Position numbers and translations under genes: made by a program
Shown here: positions 60,949-64,000 of the stretch, one piece after another
How positions within the stretch are numbered: the first letter of the stretch is position 1
How the letters are laid out: each line of letters starts with the position of its first letter
Source of the DNA: an uncultured Methylomirabilota bacterium
Lineage (GTDB): Bacteria; Methylomirabilota; Methylomirabilia; CAVQYV01
Direction of reading: 5' to 3'
Length of the DNA: 64,000 nucleotides
NCBI GenBank assembly: GCA_963718295.1
Contig: CAVQYV010000010.1
Coordinates: 31,679 to 95,678, forward strand
Notes under the pieces: generated by a model
The model's database searches: none
What the model saw: the letters and a program-made list of their open reading frames with translations, nothing else
Told to the model about the DNA's origin: nothing

Positions 60949-62745
60949 ATGGATACCATCAGGAATTTCAGCATCATCGCCCATATCGATCACGGCAAGT
61001 CCACCCTGGCGGACCGGATGATCCAATACACGGGAATCGTCGATGCCCGCAATTTTCAGGACCAGATCCTGGACACGATGGACATCGAGCGGGAACGGGG
61101 AATCACAATCAAGAGCCAGGCCGTCGCCCTCCCCTACCGGGCCCGGGATGGCCGCATCTACACCCTGAATCTCATCGACACGCCGGGGCACGTGGACTTC
61201 ACCTACGAGGTCTCGCGTTCCCTGGCCTCCTGCGAGGGAGTCCTGCTCCTCATCGACGCCGCCCAGGGAGTCCAGGCCCAGACCTTGGCCAACCTCTACC
61301 TGGCGATGGAGCACGACCTCACGATCATCCCCATCATCAATAAGATCGATCTCCCCTCTGCCGACGTGGAGCGGGTCAAGACCCAGATCGACGGGGAGCT
61401 CGGTCTCGACTCCGAGGCGGCGCTCCTCTGTTCCGCCAAGGAGGGCACGGGGGTCGAAGAGATTCTCGAGGCGATCGTGACCCGGATCCCACCGCCCAAG
61501 GGCGATCCCGAGGCGCCGCTGGCCGCCCTCATCTTCGATGCCAAGTACGATTCCTTCCGGGGTACTGTGATCCACTCTCGCCTCTTCGCCGGCACCCTGC
61601 GTGCGGGGGAGATCATCCGCTTCGTGCACAACGGCGCCACGTACAAGGTCGAGGAGGTGGGACATTTCCTTCTCCAGCGGGAGAAGAGGGAGCACCTCGC
61701 CGCGGGCGACGTCGGCTACGTCATGGCCGGCGTCAAGACCGTCTCCGACGTGCGGACGGGCGACACGATCACCCACGAGGATCGCCCGTGCGCTGAGCCT
61801 CTTCCGGGCTTCAAGGAGGTCAAGCCCGTCGTCTTCGCTTCCATTTATCCCATCGCCTCGGGTGACTATGAGGACCTGGCAGCTTCCTTAGAGAAATATA
61901 CGCTCAACGACGCCTCCTTCGTTTACGAGCATGACTCCTCCGCCTCACTGGGCCAGGGTTTCCGCTGCGGGTTCCTGGGTCTCCTCCACCTGGCCATCGT
62001 CCAGGAGCGCCTGGAGCGGGAGTACGACCTCTCCATCATCCTGTCCGTCCCCAGTGTCTGCTATCGGTTCACCCTCAAGGACGGGACCCTCCTCGACGTG
62101 GATAACCCGGCCCACTATCCGGACCCCATTTCGATCGCCCACTCCGAGGAGCCTTACATTCTCGCCCGGATGATGCTCCCGGAACGCTACCTCGGCGCCG
62201 TCATGAAGCTCTGCATGGATAAGCGCGGGTCGAACTCGAAGCTGAACTATCTCGATCCCAACCGGGTGGAGCTCTCCTACGAGATGCCTCTGGCGGAGGT
62301 GATCTACGATTTTTATGACCGCTTCAAATCCCTCACCCAGGGTTACGGGTCCTTCGACTATGATCTCATAGATTACCGGGAAAGCAACCTGGTCCTGCTC
62401 GATATCCTCGTCAACGGGGAAAAGGTCGACGCCCTATCCCAGATCGTCCACCGGGACCGGGCGCGGGCCCGGGGACTCCAAGCCTGCGACCGTTTGAAGG
62501 ACGAGATCCCCCGGCAGATGTTCAAGATCGCCATCCAGGGGGCCATCGGCGGTGAGATCATCTCCCGTTCCACCATCTCAGCCTTCCGGAAAGACGTGAC
62601 GGCGAAGTGCTACGGAGGGGACATCTCCCGGAAGCGCAAGCTCCTGGAAAAACAGAAGAAGGGAAAGAAGAGGATGAAGATGATCGGCCAGGTCTCCATC
62701 CCCCAGAGTGCCTTCCTGGCCGTCCTCAAGTCCGACGTGGATTGA
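60949..62745 (+). CDS. lepA: Elongation factor 4
   Basis: IRNFSIIAHIDHGKSTLADR, GFRCGFLGLLH and KCYGGDISRKRKLL motifs. Confidence 0.98.
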   Translation: MDTIRNFSIIAHIDHGKSTLADRMIQYTGIVDARNFQDQILDTMDIERERGITIKSQAVALPYRARDGRIYTLNLIDTPGHVDFTYEVSRSLASCEGVLLLIDAAQGVQAQTLANLYLAMEHDLTIIPIINKIDLPSADVERVKTQIDGELGLDSEAALLCSAKEGTGVEEILEAIVTRIPPPKGDPEAPLAALIFDAKYDSFRGTVIHSRLFAGTLRAGEIIRFVHNGATYKVEEVGHFLLQREKREHLAAGDVGYVMAGVKTVSDVRTGDTITHEDRPCAEPLPGFKEVKPVVFASIYPIASGDYEDLAASLEKYTLNDASFVYEHDSSASLGQGFRCGFLGLLHLAIVQERLEREYDLSIILSVPSVCYRFTLKDGTLLDVDNPAHYPDPISIAHSEEPYILARMMLPERYLGAVMKLCMDKRGSNSKLNYLDPNRVELSYEMPLAEVIYDFYDRFKSLTQGYGSFDYDLIDYRESNLVLLDILVNGEKVDALSQIVHRDRARARGLQACDRLKDEIPRQMFKIAIQGAIGGEIISRSTISAFRKDVTAKCYGGDISRKRKLLEKQKKGKKRMKMIGQVSIPQSAFLAVLKSDVD

Positions 62746-62746
62746 C

Positions 62747-63931
62747 ATGGCCCTCCCCGGCCTTTACCTCCACATCCCCTTTTGCCGCAGCAAGTGCTCT
62801 TACTGCGGTTTTTACTCCATCACGGACCTCGCCCCGGTACCGTCCTTTCTGGGGGCCCTGGCGGCGGAGATCGCCCTGTACCGGGAGCACTTCCCCGCCT
62901 TCGATACGGTCTACATCGGCGGAGGTACTCCTTCCGTTCTCGCTGCCGGCGAACTGGAGGCGATCATCGGGGAGGTCCGAAAGACCTTCGCACTGCCCGA
63001 TGGGGTGGAGATCACCCTGGAGATCAATCCCGGAGGCGTAACCCCGGGATCCCTGCAGGCCTTGCGCCGCAGCGGTGTGAGCCGACTCAACGTAGGCGTC
63101 CAGTCCTTCGACGATGCTGCCCTCGCTTTTCTCGGGCGGCGCCACACAAGCCAGCAGGCCGTGGAAACCATCCTCCTGGCCCGGGAGGCCGGCTTCGACA
63201 GCCTGGGCCTCGATCTCATCTACGGCCTCGCCGCTGTGGACGGGAAGAAACATGGGGAATCTCGTGCTGAAAGAGGGGGCCCGGCAGCAGAATCCCTTTT
63301 TTCGCGCTGGCAGGACACGCTGAAGGTAGCCTGCTCATTCCGGCCGGAGCACCTCTCCTGTTACGAGCTCACCGTCGAGGCCGGCACTCCCCTGGCGGCG
63401 ATGATCGCTGCCGGTGATCACGCCTTGCCCGACGAGGACCTCCAGTGCCGGTATTTCCTCCGCACCTCGGAGGTGCTCGAGGAGACGGGCTACCTCCACT
63501 ACGAAGTGTCGAATTTCGCCCGGGAAGAGCGCTTCCGGTCCCGACACAACAGTAAATACTGGGACCATACACCCTACCTCGGACTCGGCCCCGGCGCCCA
63601 CTCCTTCGACGGCACGAGGCGCTGGTGGAACCACCGGAACGTGGCGGTTTACATCCAGGAGCTCCGGGCCGGAAAACGACCTGTCGTCGCGGAGGAGGAG
63701 CTCGACACCGAACAGTTGCGCCTGGAGGCCCTGTGTCTGGGGCTCCGGACGGCAGCGGGGATCGATGTTCGGGAATATCGCGAAAATTACGGATACGATC
63801 TGTTGATGGAACGGGGAGAGGCCATCGACAGGCTCCTTGGGGAGGGACATCTCAAGAGACGAGAAGACCGGATTGCGCCCACTCGAAAAGGACTCGCCGT
63901 CGCCGACGCCATGGCCCGACTTCTTTCCTGA
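62747..63931 (+). CDS. hemW: Radical SAM heme chaperone HemW
   Basis: LYLHIPFCRSKCSYCGF, GGGTPS, HYEVSNFA and HNSKYW motifs; follows lepA. Confidence 0.92.
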   Translation: MALPGLYLHIPFCRSKCSYCGFYSITDLAPVPSFLGALAAEIALYREHFPAFDTVYIGGGTPSVLAAGELEAIIGEVRKTFALPDGVEITLEINPGGVTPGSLQALRRSGVSRLNVGVQSFDDAALAFLGRRHTSQQAVETILLAREAGFDSLGLDLIYGLAAVDGKKHGESRAERGGPAAESLFSRWQDTLKVACSFRPEHLSCYELTVEAGTPLAAMIAAGDHALPDEDLQCRYFLRTSEVLEETGYLHYEVSNFAREERFRSRHNSKYWDHTPYLGLGPGAHSFDGTRRWWNHRNVAVYIQELRAGKRPVVAEEELDTEQLRLEALCLGLRTAAGIDVREYRENYGYDLLMERGEAIDRLLGEGHLKRREDRIAPTRKGLAVADAMARLLS

Positions 63932-63959
63932 CGCCCTCCTGTCCCCTCGTTCCTTTCGG

Positions 63960-63980
63960 AAAATAGACTAAAATAGGGAC
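63960..63980. repeat. Family B-like stuttered repeat (partial)
   Basis: AAAATAG twice, then GGAC. Confidence 0.35.
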
Positions 63981-64000
63981 GATCTTCGGATGGCATCGTG

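Overview
GC-rich bacterial DNA whose gene content suggests an anaerobic Gram-negative organism, possibly Desulfobacterota-like (inference). It is a mosaic of about 50 mostly unrelated genes: two near-identical NhaD/ArsB-type permeases, three PPIases, two RND efflux pairs, an MMPL, glnS, msrAB, pdxA, lepA-hemW, a csp gene, a Re-citrate-synthase-like gene, a RAYT/Y1 transposase and a GntR-led glutamate mutase/methylaspartate operon. Many single-base frameshifts look like long-read errors. No tRNA, rRNA or CRISPR array was seen. Main leads: (1) a redox cluster at 10.3-13.6 kb where three small ORFs stop at TGA followed by SECIS-like hairpins, i.e. likely overlooked selenoproteins; (2) a tandem, terminator-coupled riboswitch candidate (nhaA-I-like) at 2.1-2.46 kb ahead of a YbhB lipoprotein gene; (3) a methylaspartate operon ending in AtuA-like, DUF4387 and P-loop/AlaX-like genes; (4) two families of stuttered short repeats at gene-block junctions, one bracketing msrAB plus the transposase; (5) a terminator inside the csp leader. 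All family names come from motif recognition, not database searches.
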